From: an uncultured Veillonellaceae bacterium
GTDB lineage: Bacteria > Bacillota > Negativicutes > UBA1444
Direction of reading: 5' to 3'
DNA: 64,000 nt
Assembly (NCBI GenBank): GCA_964521625.1
Contig: CAZFSM010000019.1
Location: 4,546 to 68,545, forward strand
A program made the position numbers and the translations under genes. Positions 39,763 to 48,864 of the stretch are shown here, piece after piece (position 1 is the first letter of the stretch; the number at the start of each line of letters is the position of its first letter). The notes under the pieces are model-generated. The model saw nothing but the letters and a program-made list of their open reading frames with translations. It had not been told where the DNA came from and did no database searches.

Positions 39763-41484
39763 ATGATAGTAAAAGACTTCTTCGCAAAACACTGGCCTCA
39801 ATATGCATTAGGGATTTTTTTTCTGATTGTCACCGATCTGCTGTCGCTGTTGATACCCAGGGCGATCGGCCAAGCTGTGGACAGTATCGGCCTGGGCGAT
39901 GGCCAAGTCAACCGGATGATATTGCTAATCGGCGGCGTTGCTCTGGCGATGGCGGTGCTGCGTTATTTGTACCGGGAGTGCATCATGGGCACAACCCGTC
40001 GTTTGGAGCATCATCTGCGCAGCAAGATTTTTCGGCACTCTTTGTTTGTGCCGATGAGCGCATATGACGAGACAGGTCCCGGCAAGATCATGGCATTAGC
40101 CGTCAATGATGTGACTTCAGTACGCGTTGCCGTGGGGCTTGGCATCATGCTGCTGGTCGATGCAGGAATCATGGGCCTGGCCTCCTTTGTCGTGATGTTT
40201 CGCAGCATTGATCCAGTACTAACGTTACTGTCAGTGGCGCCGCTGCCATTTGTGTTCGTTGGCACCGCCTGGCTGGGCCGGATTGTTCATACGCGATATA
40301 AGAAAGTGCAGGAGCAGTTCAGTGAGCTGACAGAATTTGCCCAGGAATTGTTTGGCGGCGTGAAGGTCGTTAAGGCGTTTGGTGCGGAAAGTCAGTTTGT
40401 GGAGCGATTTGCCGCAGTAAACCGCAGCAATATGAATGCGAATCTGTCGCTGGCAGGTATTCAGGCAATCTATACCCCAGTGACCCATGTGGCGCCTTTA
40501 TTCTGCTATGCAATTGCTTTATTCGCCGGCGGGCGGATGATTATTGCAGGTAGCTTGACTGTAGGCGAGCTGACTGCGTTTACCGGGTATCTCGGTCTTA
40601 TCATCTGGCCGGTCATGGGGCTAAGCTATCTGATTAATACTGTGCAGCGGGGGATGGCGTCCAAACAGCGCATCGATGATTTTTTGGCGATTTCCGGCTA
40701 TGAAAACATCACTGAACCTAGCGCAACACCTCCCGCTAAATTTAGCGGCGCCATCGAGTTGCGTAATTTGACCTTTCAGTATCCAAACACAGCCACGCCT
40801 AGCTTGCTGGATGTATCGGCGCTGATTCCTGCCGGTGTAACGGTCGGGATTGTTGGCCGGACCGGGTCGGGTAAAACCACTCTGCTGCGGCTCTTGCTCA
40901 GGCTATATCCCGTAAATGAAGGCATGATTTTTGTTGACGGAGAAGACCTGAATCGTTATGAGTTTGCGGCGCTGCGCGCTGCGATCGGCTATGTGCCGCA
41001 GGAAGCGTCGCTGTTTTCGCTGACAATTGCTGAAAATATTGCTTTTGGCGAGGATTATGACCGATTGCAGATTCAACAGGCGGCGCGAAATTCGGTTGTA
41101 GAAGCGGATATTGACGCTCGCGCGGAAGGGTTTGCCACGTTGCTCGGCGAAAAAGGTGTCCGCTTGTCCGGCGGGCAGCGGCAACGGGTCGCGATAGCCC
41201 GGGCGTTGATTCGTAACCCGTCTATACTGCTATTGGATGATGTGTTTGCCTCGCTTGATTACAAAACGCAGAATCAGTTGGTACAAAATCTGCGTGAGCT
41301 CGAAACGGGACGAACTACGCTGATTATTTCGCAGCGGGTGGCTGCGGTGAAACATGCCGGTTTCATTCTGGTGCTGGATGCCGGGCGTATCTGCGAGCAG
41401 GGAACCCATGAACAGCTGTTGCTGGCCAAAGGTTTGTACTACAAGTTGTATGAACAGCAACTGGCATCAGGTGAGGCGCTATGA
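39763..41484 (+). CDS. ABC transporter permease/ATP-binding protein (type I exporter half-transporter)
   Basis: N-terminal 6-TM domain plus a C-terminal NBD (GRTGSGKTT, LSGGQRQRVAIARAL, LLLDDVFASLD). Confidence 0.9.
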   Translation: MIVKDFFAKHWPQYALGIFFLIVTDLLSLLIPRAIGQAVDSIGLGDGQVNRMILLIGGVALAMAVLRYLYRECIMGTTRRLEHHLRSKIFRHSLFVPMSAYDETGPGKIMALAVNDVTSVRVAVGLGIMLLVDAGIMGLASFVVMFRSIDPVLTLLSVAPLPFVFVGTAWLGRIVHTRYKKVQEQFSELTEFAQELFGGVKVVKAFGAESQFVERFAAVNRSNMNANLSLAGIQAIYTPVTHVAPLFCYAIALFAGGRMIIAGSLTVGELTAFTGYLGLIIWPVMGLSYLINTVQRGMASKQRIDDFLAISGYENITEPSATPPAKFSGAIELRNLTFQYPNTATPSLLDVSALIPAGVTVGIVGRTGSGKTTLLRLLLRLYPVNEGMIFVDGEDLNRYEFAALRAAIGYVPQEASLFSLTIAENIAFGEDYDRLQIQQAARNSVVEADIDARAEGFATLLGEKGVRLSGGQRQRVAIARALIRNPSILLLDDVFASLDYKTQNQLVQNLRELETGRTTLIISQRVAAVKHAGFILVLDAGRICEQGTHEQLLLAKGLYYKLYEQQLASGEAL

Positions 41485-43256
41485 GCATGTATTACCGCGG
41501 CCGGGATTATGAAGCGCCACCCGGGGCACGCAGCTTGTCGGTGGAAAGATCGTTGTTGGTCTCTCTGTGGCAACTGGCTTATCCGGTGCGGTTCCTGCTG
41601 GGGGCGGCATTCCTGCTGATGGTGGCGGATGCGGCGGCGGATTTGTCTCGTCCGTATCTGATGAAAGTTGCCATTGATCATTACATTGGCCTGAAAGACA
41701 TGGCCGGACTGGAAAATTTGTTTCTATTCTATTTGGCCACAATTGTCGCCAGTCTGGCATTTTCCTACTATGAGAGTCTGCTGCTGCAACGCGCCGGGCA
41801 ACGGGTGATTCTGGCGGTGCGGGAAAAAGTGTTCCGCCATATCCTGCATCAACGTGTCGATCAACTGGAAGGGCAGCCGGTCGGACGTATGGTAACACGG
41901 GTGACAAACGATACAGATGCCGTGAAAGACCTGTATACCGATGTGATTGTCGCTTTTGCCAGCGACACGGTAATGCTGATCGGGATTGTCATCGTGATGC
42001 TGGCGATTCACTGGAAACTGGCGCTGGCTTCGTTTGTGATCCTGCCGTTTATGATATTGATCGCAGCAGGCTACCAAAAGTATGCCCGACGGGCCTACCG
42101 ACTGGTGCGTGAGAAGACAGCCGGCCTCAATTCCTATATCTCGGAACGACTCAATGGAATTGGCATCATCAAGGCTTTTGGCGCATTCACGGTCACGGAA
42201 AAGGGATTCCGTCAGGCAAATGATGAATATTTGCAGGCCGGGTTGTCAGAAATGCGGACGTTTGCCGCATTTCGTCCATTGGTTGATTTGCTGTATGTTG
42301 CGGCGGTGATGCTGGTCATTTATTTTGGCGGCGTCGAGGCGCGGGTTGCCGGGATAGAACTTGGCGTTATTGTGGCATTTCTCCGCTATATGGAGAAATT
42401 TTTCTGGCCGATTAAAGATATGGCGGAAAAGTATAGTTTGCTGCAGTCCGCGCTAGCGGCCGCCGAGCGGATTCAGCCGATGCTGACGGAGCCCGAGGCG
42501 GCGGAAGCAGCGGAACGGTCCATGCAACGACTGGCGCCAGCGAGGATTGATTTTGAAGATGTCTGGTTTGCCTATGAAGCGGAAGAGTGGGTATTGTCAG
42601 AGGTCAGTTTTAGCGTGCCGTCCGGCAGTTTCTTCGGGATTGTCGGTTTATCCGGCTCGGGAAAAACGACGCTAATCAGTTTATTGCTACGGTTCTATGA
42701 ACCGCAACGGGGACGTATCCTGCTTGACGGTGAGGATATCCGCGAAATACCCCTGTCGGTGTTGCGTCACCGGGTTGCTGCGGTGTTTCAGGATGTGCAT
42801 GTCTTCAAAGGCAGTGTGTCAGAAAATATTTCCCTATTCAATCCGCTGATTACGGAAACAGGAGTGAGAGAAGCCGCGCGGACTGCCAACATAGCGCCGT
42901 TTATCGAAAAACTGCCGCAGGGTTATGATACAAAAGCTGGTTATCTTGGTTCCAGTCTATCATCAGGCCAAAGGCAGCTGCTGTCCTTTGCCAGGGCGCT
43001 GGCCACTCCGGCGGATTTGCTGATTCTTGATGAAGCGACCTCCAGTATCGACAGCCATACCGAACATCTGGTGCAACAGGCGATGGAGCAGGCCGCTGCG
43101 CAGCGGACCCTTCTGGTTGTCGCGCATCGTCTGTCCACGATTGTTAAAGCCGATTGCATTTTGTTTATGCATCAGGGCCGGGTGGTTGAACAGGGTAGCC
43201 ATGAGGAGCTGATGGCGCTGGCCGGTCGTTATAGCCGACTGTTCCGCAGCCAGTGA
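41481..43256 (+). CDS. ABC transporter permease/ATP-binding protein (second half of a heterodimeric exporter)
   Basis: Overlaps the previous stop (ATGA). TM domain plus NBD (GLSGSGKTT, LSSGQRQLLSFARAL, LLILDEATSSID). Confidence 0.9.
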   Translation: MSMYYRGRDYEAPPGARSLSVERSLLVSLWQLAYPVRFLLGAAFLLMVADAAADLSRPYLMKVAIDHYIGLKDMAGLENLFLFYLATIVASLAFSYYESLLLQRAGQRVILAVREKVFRHILHQRVDQLEGQPVGRMVTRVTNDTDAVKDLYTDVIVAFASDTVMLIGIVIVMLAIHWKLALASFVILPFMILIAAGYQKYARRAYRLVREKTAGLNSYISERLNGIGIIKAFGAFTVTEKGFRQANDEYLQAGLSEMRTFAAFRPLVDLLYVAAVMLVIYFGGVEARVAGIELGVIVAFLRYMEKFFWPIKDMAEKYSLLQSALAAAERIQPMLTEPEAAEAAERSMQRLAPARIDFEDVWFAYEAEEWVLSEVSFSVPSGSFFGIVGLSGSGKTTLISLLLRFYEPQRGRILLDGEDIREIPLSVLRHRVAAVFQDVHVFKGSVSENISLFNPLITETGVREAARTANIAPFIEKLPQGYDTKAGYLGSSLSSGQRQLLSFARALATPADLLILDEATSSIDSHTEHLVQQAMEQAAAQRTLLVVAHRLSTIVKADCILFMHQGRVVEQGSHEELMALAGRYSRLFRSQ

Positions 43257-43353
43257 GATATTTGCGCGAACCAGCAGGAGGTTTGGCTCGGTGTCTTGAA
43301 CTATTCTAGCAGGAAACCATTGAAATTAATCCAATTATAGAGGAGGCTGAATC

Positions 43354-43497
43354 ATGAGCACAATCGCCAGAGGCAAGGGAAAACGGTTCCACAACAGGGA
43401 AGAAATGAACAAGCTGAACCGAACGGCGCTTTACATTGGCGCCATCGCCGCAGGCTGTATTTTTGCTCTGATTCTGGGGTCATTTTTAATGCAGTGA
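43354..43497 (+). CDS. Small hypothetical membrane protein (47 aa). It is absent from the ORF track because it falls below the length cut-off.
   Basis: Strong RBS AGAGGAGG 7 nt before the ATG. It encodes MSTIARGKGKRFHNREEMNKLNRTALYIGAIAAGCIFALILGSFLMQ, a basic N-terminus followed by one TM helix. Confidence 0.4.
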   Translation: MSTIARGKGKRFHNREEMNKLNRTALYIGAIAAGCIFALILGSFLMQ

Positions 43498-43547
43498 ATC
43501 AGGTAAACGTTAGTAAACAGCTTATATTTTAAGGAGTGTTGAACGGT

Positions 43548-44771
43548 ATGGACAGAGAGTGGGTATTGCATGTGATGGAAACGGTTTCCGGCTACAGCCG
43601 GGGTGAAACCGGGATTACCCGTCTGGCATTGTCGCCGGAAGAAATGCAGGCGCGGGATTATGTTTCCGGGCTTATGCAGGAGCTGGGCATGACAATCAGA
43701 GTAGATGCGATTGGCAATATCATCGGCCGTCTGCCTGGCACAGACCCTGCTGCTGCGCCGGTCATTGTCGGCTCGCATCTGGATTCGGTTCCCGAGGGTG
43801 GACGCTACGACGGCGTACTTGGCGTGATTGCCGGGTTAGCTGCTATCCGGCGTATTGTCAAAGAAGCTCACACCAAACATCCGCTGGAGCTAATTATCTT
43901 TACGGCGGAAGAATCAAGCCGTTTTGGTTTTGCAACCATGGGTAGTAAAGCAATGGCCGGTGTCGCCGATATTAAAGCCTGGAGTAAAGCCAAAGACCCA
44001 CAGGGGATTGGTTTTATGGAAGCCCTGTCAGCAGTTGGGCTGCAGCCGGAGCAAATTGAAACGGTTTCCCGCGTCGGTGAACCCATTCATGCTTTTGTTG
44101 AACTGCATATTGAACAGGGGCCGGTACTGGAAGACGCCGGGCTGACGATTGGCGTTGTGGAAGCGATTGCCGCGCCGACTCGCTTGAAAATCAAGGTTGA
44201 CGGCACGCCGGGACACTCCGGCACGACACCGATGGACTCGCGCGAAGACGCACTGGTTACTGCGGCGCAGATTATTCTGGCTGTGCGGGAAGTGGCGCTG
44301 TCACGTTATGGCGAAGGCACTGTCGGCACCGTTGGCAATATCAAAGTCAATCCCGGGGTGATGAACGTGATTCCCGGTGTGGCCGAGATGTGGGTCGATA
44401 TTCGCGGCGTCAACCACGAGAGTATTGTTGAAACATTGCAGGAATTGAAAGACGAGATCAGTATCATTGCCGAAGCAGAAGGAACAACCGTAGCGATCGA
44501 GGTGCTCACTTCGGACAAGCCGGTTCGTCTGCACCCAAAAATCAGCGCTGCGGTGGAGACTGCCTGCAAGGATCTGAAAGTTTCTTATCGCCGTATGAAT
44601 AGCGGCGCCGGACATGACGCCATGCATATGGCTGCACTTTGTCCCACAGGCATGATTTTTATTCCCTGCGCGCGGGGGATCAGCCACAACCCGGAAGAAT
44701 TCGCTACGCCGAATGATATTATGACAGGAATCGACGTCCTGACAAGAACCGTGAGGGCGCTGGCTGAATGA
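43548..44771 (+). CDS. M20-family Zn-dependent amidohydrolase (allantoate amidohydrolase / N-carbamoyl-L-amino-acid hydrolase type)
   Basis: ATG at 43548 after AAGGAG. Metal-binding motifs GSHLDSV, D..G..G, E.HIEQGP and family-typical dimerisation-domain insertion. Confidence 0.8.
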   Translation: MDREWVLHVMETVSGYSRGETGITRLALSPEEMQARDYVSGLMQELGMTIRVDAIGNIIGRLPGTDPAAAPVIVGSHLDSVPEGGRYDGVLGVIAGLAAIRRIVKEAHTKHPLELIIFTAEESSRFGFATMGSKAMAGVADIKAWSKAKDPQGIGFMEALSAVGLQPEQIETVSRVGEPIHAFVELHIEQGPVLEDAGLTIGVVEAIAAPTRLKIKVDGTPGHSGTTPMDSREDALVTAAQIILAVREVALSRYGEGTVGTVGNIKVNPGVMNVIPGVAEMWVDIRGVNHESIVETLQELKDEISIIAEAEGTTVAIEVLTSDKPVRLHPKISAAVETACKDLKVSYRRMNSGAGHDAMHMAALCPTGMIFIPCARGISHNPEEFATPNDIMTGIDVLTRTVRALAE

Positions 44772-45208
44772 TCGAAAAAAAATATGACGGGTTAAAGGAA
44801 TACTTTCAGGATACCTACCGCGACAATTCCTACGTAAAATTGCTCGAAATGCGATTAGTGCATGTTGAACCCGGTACAGCGACAATATCAATGCCGGTAA
44901 ACCCCGAGCGACACACAAATCTTTATCAAGTTGCCCATGGTGGCGCACTGGCCTCGCTGGCAGATACGGTGATGGGGGTGGCTTGCGGCAGTGTCGGGCG
45001 GCGTGTGGTCACGCTGGAACTCAACATGAATTTCATCAAGGCCGCTGATGCAGATACAATTGTTACTGGCGTTGGACGCGTCATCCACAACGGACGCAAC
45101 ACGCTGGTAGTCGAGTGCGAAATTTCCAGCAGCGAAGGAGTTTTGCTATTGAAGGCCCGGGGGACATTTTATGTCGTTGGCCAATTTGATATCGAATCTG
45201 TGAAATAA
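44768..45208 (+). CDS. PaaI/YbgC-type hotdog-fold thioesterase
   Basis: NLYQVAHGGALASLADTVMG...GRNTLVVECEI matches the PaaI family signature. Confidence 0.8.
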   Translation: MIEKKYDGLKEYFQDTYRDNSYVKLLEMRLVHVEPGTATISMPVNPERHTNLYQVAHGGALASLADTVMGVACGSVGRRVVTLELNMNFIKAADADTIVTGVGRVIHNGRNTLVVECEISSSEGVLLLKARGTFYVVGQFDIESVK

Positions 45209-45243
45209 TTCTGTTTCCCAGAGCTGTTTTGAGGGGGTTGCGC

Positions 45244-46239
45244 GTGAAACTGAAAAACCGGTTGGTATTCTTGCACTGCCTCATTTCGCTTCTTCTTCTG
45301 CTAGCTGGTTGCAACGATAGCGGTAATAAGCCGGTGACAGCCAGCAAAGTGCAAATCATCAATATCGCTACGGAAACTACTGGCGGCGCTTATCATCCGC
45401 TGGGCAATGCGATGGCGCAACTATTCAATCAGCATATTCCCGGCGTAAAGGTGCTGGCAGGAGCTACTGCCGGTACGCCTCAAAATATCCTGCTGATGCA
45501 GAAAAAAGATGCAGAAGTTGCTTTTGCGCAAAATGGTGTGGCTTATTATGCTTTCAATGGAATCGATATGTTTAAAGATAGGCCGGCCAAATTTTTGCGT
45601 GGCATAACCAATTTGTATCCTAACATTATGCATATTGTGGTTGCGGCTGATTCGAAAATAAATTCTATCAAAGACTTTGTAGGTAAAAAGTTTGTTGTGG
45701 GAGCAATCGGTAGCGCAACGGAGATAAATTCGTACGAAATTTTTAACCTGTATGGTCTGGATTACAAAGATAAGAAGAATGTAAAAGTTGAATACCTTGG
45801 CTATTCGGAAGCTGCCGAAGCACTAAAGGACGGTCGGGTGGACGGGATTCTTATTGCCGGAGGCTTGCAGACAGCGGCAGTCATTGACGCAGCTTCTGCG
45901 ATGAAAATCCGGATTATATCCTTGGAACCGGACATGATTGCCAAATTGAAAAAAAACATGCCATGGTATTATGAAATTGCCATTCCCAAAGGAACCTACG
46001 TTGGACAGACAGAGGATGCCAGGACCGTTGCCTTGGCCAATTTACTGATCTGCCGCGAAGATCTGAGCAATGAACTGGTCTACAATATGACCAAAGTTCT
46101 GCATGAAAATCAAAAGGCCCTGATTGCAGCTCATGCGGCTGCCAAAGATATGAACCTGGAGGACGCTCTAAAAGGTATGACCGTGCCGATGCATCCTGGC
46201 GCCGAAAAATATTATAGAGAAAAGGGCATCCTGAAATAA
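45244..46239 (+). CDS. TAXI-family TRAP transporter solute-binding lipoprotein
   Basis: GTG at 45244 with RBS GAGGGGG. Lipobox LLAGC. TAXI hallmarks (TGGAYHPLGNAMAQL, MHPGAEKYYREKG). Confidence 0.75.
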   Translation: MKLKNRLVFLHCLISLLLLLAGCNDSGNKPVTASKVQIINIATETTGGAYHPLGNAMAQLFNQHIPGVKVLAGATAGTPQNILLMQKKDAEVAFAQNGVAYYAFNGIDMFKDRPAKFLRGITNLYPNIMHIVVAADSKINSIKDFVGKKFVVGAIGSATEINSYEIFNLYGLDYKDKKNVKVEYLGYSEAAEALKDGRVDGILIAGGLQTAAVIDAASAMKIRIISLEPDMIAKLKKNMPWYYEIAIPKGTYVGQTEDARTVALANLLICREDLSNELVYNMTKVLHENQKALIAAHAAAKDMNLEDALKGMTVPMHPGAEKYYREKGILK

Positions 46240-46379
46240 ACCCGTCGCTTAAATATGCACACATGCATATGGCATTGTGAAAAAGAAAACTTGTCTTTTG
46301 GCGATTTTCCATCTTAACAAATATTAGTGTATGAGGTATACTTATGCCTAAGGGTTTTTTGCCCATAGGTGACATCAAG

Positions 46380-47523
46380 GAGGATTCTCATGGATTTTAA
46401 TTTTTCAGCCGACCAAATCGCTCTCAAAAAGATGGCGCAAGAATTGGTAGCCAAGGAAATAACGCCTTTTGTTCACGAGATGGACGAAAAGAGCGAGATG
46501 CGGCCCGGCCTTATTCAAAAGTTTCACCATGCCGGCATCTTGAACCTGGTTGTTCCGGAAGAGTATGATGGACCGGGCTTGGATGCTTTATCTATCGCTC
46601 TGATTTATGAAGAACTGGGCAAAGGCTGCGCCGGAGTCGCTACTTCGGCGGCGGCGAATGCATTGGCCTCCTACCCGGTTTTAGTGGCCGGATCGGAAGA
46701 ACAAAAGCGTAAAATGTTTGATGCCCTGAACGACGGGAAACTGGCTGCTTTTGCCCTGACTGAGCCGAATGCCGGCTCGGATGCGGGCGGTGTGGCTACT
46801 TCCGCCGTAAAAGACGGCGAATACTACGTTCTTAACGGTACTAAATGTTTCATTACCAATGGCGGCATTTCCGATGTCTATACCGTTTTCGCCAATGCGC
46901 GGAAATCGGCGGGAATCCGTGGTTTGACCGCGTTCATTGTGGAACGGGATACGCCTGGTTTTTCAGTGGGGAAGAAAGAAGACAAAATGGGCATGCGGCC
47001 TTCCAACACCACTGAACTGATTCTGGACAATGTCCGGGTGCATGAAAGCATGCGCATCGGTCGGGAAGGCGAAGGATTCAAAATTGCCATGAAGACGCTG
47101 GATGCAGCGCGTCCTTTGGTTGGCGCTGTAGCAGTGGGTCTGGCGGATGCGGCCCTGCAGGCAGCTTGTAAATACGCCAAAGAGCGCCAGCAGTTTGGCA
47201 AACCGATTGCTTCCTTCCAACTGGTCCAGGCTATGATCGCTGATATGGCGATGGCTGTGGAAACTGCCCGCCTGATTGTTTACAAGGCTTGCTGGATGAA
47301 AGACCAAGGAATGGACTATAAACTGGAATCCGCTATGGCGAAATGCCTGTCTGCTGATGTCGCAATGAAAGTGACAACTGATGCGGTACAAGTCATGGGT
47401 GGATATGGCTACATGAAGGAATACCCGGTCGAAAAAATGATGCGGGACGCAAAACTGTTGCAGATTTACGAAGGAACCAACCAAATTCAGCGCCTGGTCA
47501 TTGCCAATAGCATCCTGTACTAG
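46380..47523 (+). CDS. Acyl-CoA dehydrogenase (short/branched-chain, butyryl-CoA dehydrogenase-like)
   Basis: ATG at 46380 with RBS AAGGAGG. ACAD motifs (ALTEPNAGSD, catalytic Glu in YEGTNQIQR). Confidence 0.9.
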
Positions 47524-47606
47524 TTTTTACGGATGTACAGGCGCAGGTGGCTTGACAAGGGATGAAAGCTAGTGTTATACTATCTTTCGTGACATCAAGT
47601 TGAATT

Positions 47607-47683
47607 GGGGTTATAGCTCAGTTGGTTAGAGCGCTTCGTTGACATCGAAGAGGTCTGCGGTTCGAGTCCGCCTAACCCCACCA
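47607..47683 (+). tRNA. tRNA-Val (GAC)
   Basis: Acceptor GGGGTTA/TAACCCC, anticodon stem CTTCG/CGAAG, loop TTGACAT, T arm GGTTCGAGTCC, CCA encoded. Promoter TTGACA...TATACT upstream at about 47552-47585. Confidence 0.9.
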
Positions 47684-47693
47684 TATTTAAACC

Positions 47694-47729
47694 GAGACGC
47701 TGCAAGCGATTGCGGCGTTTCTTTTTTTT
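47694..47729 (+). terminator. Intrinsic terminator after tRNA-Val
   Basis: The imperfect hairpin GAGACGCTGCAAGCGATTGCGGCGTTTC is followed by TTTTTTTT. Confidence 0.6.
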
Positions 47730-47888
47730 CAACCACTAAATCCACGATTCCATCCAGCTCACCACCGCGGATTGTCGAAGCGGCGAACGAACTGTCCCCC
47801 GGGCATAGAAAAACCTCCCAACGCTGCCGAAGCGTGGGAGGAAGTCGAACGTTGGTAGACAATGAACAGCCAAAATTCACTCGATGAA

Positions 47889-48212
47889 TCAGGGGATCAA
47901 ATAGGTTAGAAAATAGGCAATGCCGAGCCAGCCCGAGACAACAATCGCTATGCCTAAATAATACAGACTGCGAGGAATAGCTGCGGAGCGCGCTGTCATT
48001 CTGCATTCGGTCCAGACATAAGCGGGAATCATTTTGCCGGCAATCAAGACGCCCAAAGGAATCAGCAGTAAATCATCAAGATAGCCAAAAACGGGAATGA
48101 AATCGGGAATCAAATCAATAGGGCTAATTGCATAAGCGACAATCAGAATAACAAAAACACGGGCATACCAAGGTGTTCCGGGGTGTCGAATAGCGTAATA
48201 CATCGAAATCAC
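47889..48212 (-). CDS. YkvA/DUF1232-family small membrane protein
   Basis: Two TM segments plus the characteristic PIDLIPDFIPV.GYLDD motif. Confidence 0.7.
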   Translation of the reverse strand: MISMYYAIRHPGTPWYARVFVILIVAYAISPIDLIPDFIPVFGYLDDLLLIPLGVLIAGKMIPAYVWTECRMTARSAAIPRSLYYLGIAIVVSGWLGIAYFLTYLIP

Positions 48213-48339
48213 GTCATCTTTTAGCTGTGATGCCTTGTTTTGCCACCAATGAAAATATTAGCGGAGTTGCACTGGCTAGCTCCTTCAACTGTTTGCTTGC
48301 GCATATTATCTCATGGATTCATAATCGGGGATATATATT

Positions 48340-48657
48340 TTACCGGTTGGATAATTTAGCGACCGCAGGACAAAATTGAACTGTGACTACGACCGTGGCT
48401 GACGGACGCGAGGGGTGAGTGTGACAGACTATTTGAGGGCCCAACAGCCGCGCCGGTACATCACACGACATGTGATTGATTGCGTTGGCTGGCACTCCGG
48501 ATTTATGCATGAAATCAAGATACTGCTTCCGCGCTTCACTCCAGACGGGATTTTGCGTTTGCCCGCCGTCGGTAGCCAATATGGTGGACTCCCAGTCAAC
48601 AGCTTCAATTGCCCGCAGATTTCGTTCAAAGTTTTTCTCCCAGGAGCCATCTGGCAT
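48340..48657 (-). pseudogene. Possible remnant (C-terminal ~100 aa) of a metal-dependent amidohydrolase-like gene; uncertain
   Basis: The ORF encodes ...ILATDGGQTQNPVW...QYLDFMHKSGV...NAINHMSCDVPARLLG, reminiscent of amidohydrolase C-termini, but there is no N-terminal catalytic part and no convincing RBS. It is overlapped by an antisense ORF of similar length. It lies in a low-coding, AT-rich patch. Confidence 0.25.
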
Positions 48658-48864
48658 AAGGCATAGACGAAAGAATAAAATAATAATGGCGAAAAAGCTT
48701 ATATCAAAAAGCCTTTCGCCATTATCCTGTTTGATGCGACACTATACCAAAAGATATAGTGTTTTTTCAGTACTAAAAAAGTATGCAACGGATATAATCT
48801 TAAACCTGAGAATATGGTACTATACATTTGCAACACAATTCAGCCGTGATAGGGAGGGCAATAC

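Noticed and set aside
48415-48666. An 83-aa plus-strand ORF antisense to the putative amidohydrolase remnant
   Set aside because: Neither strand has a convincing RBS or family match. I treated the locus as degraded and kept only the minus-strand fragment at low confidence.
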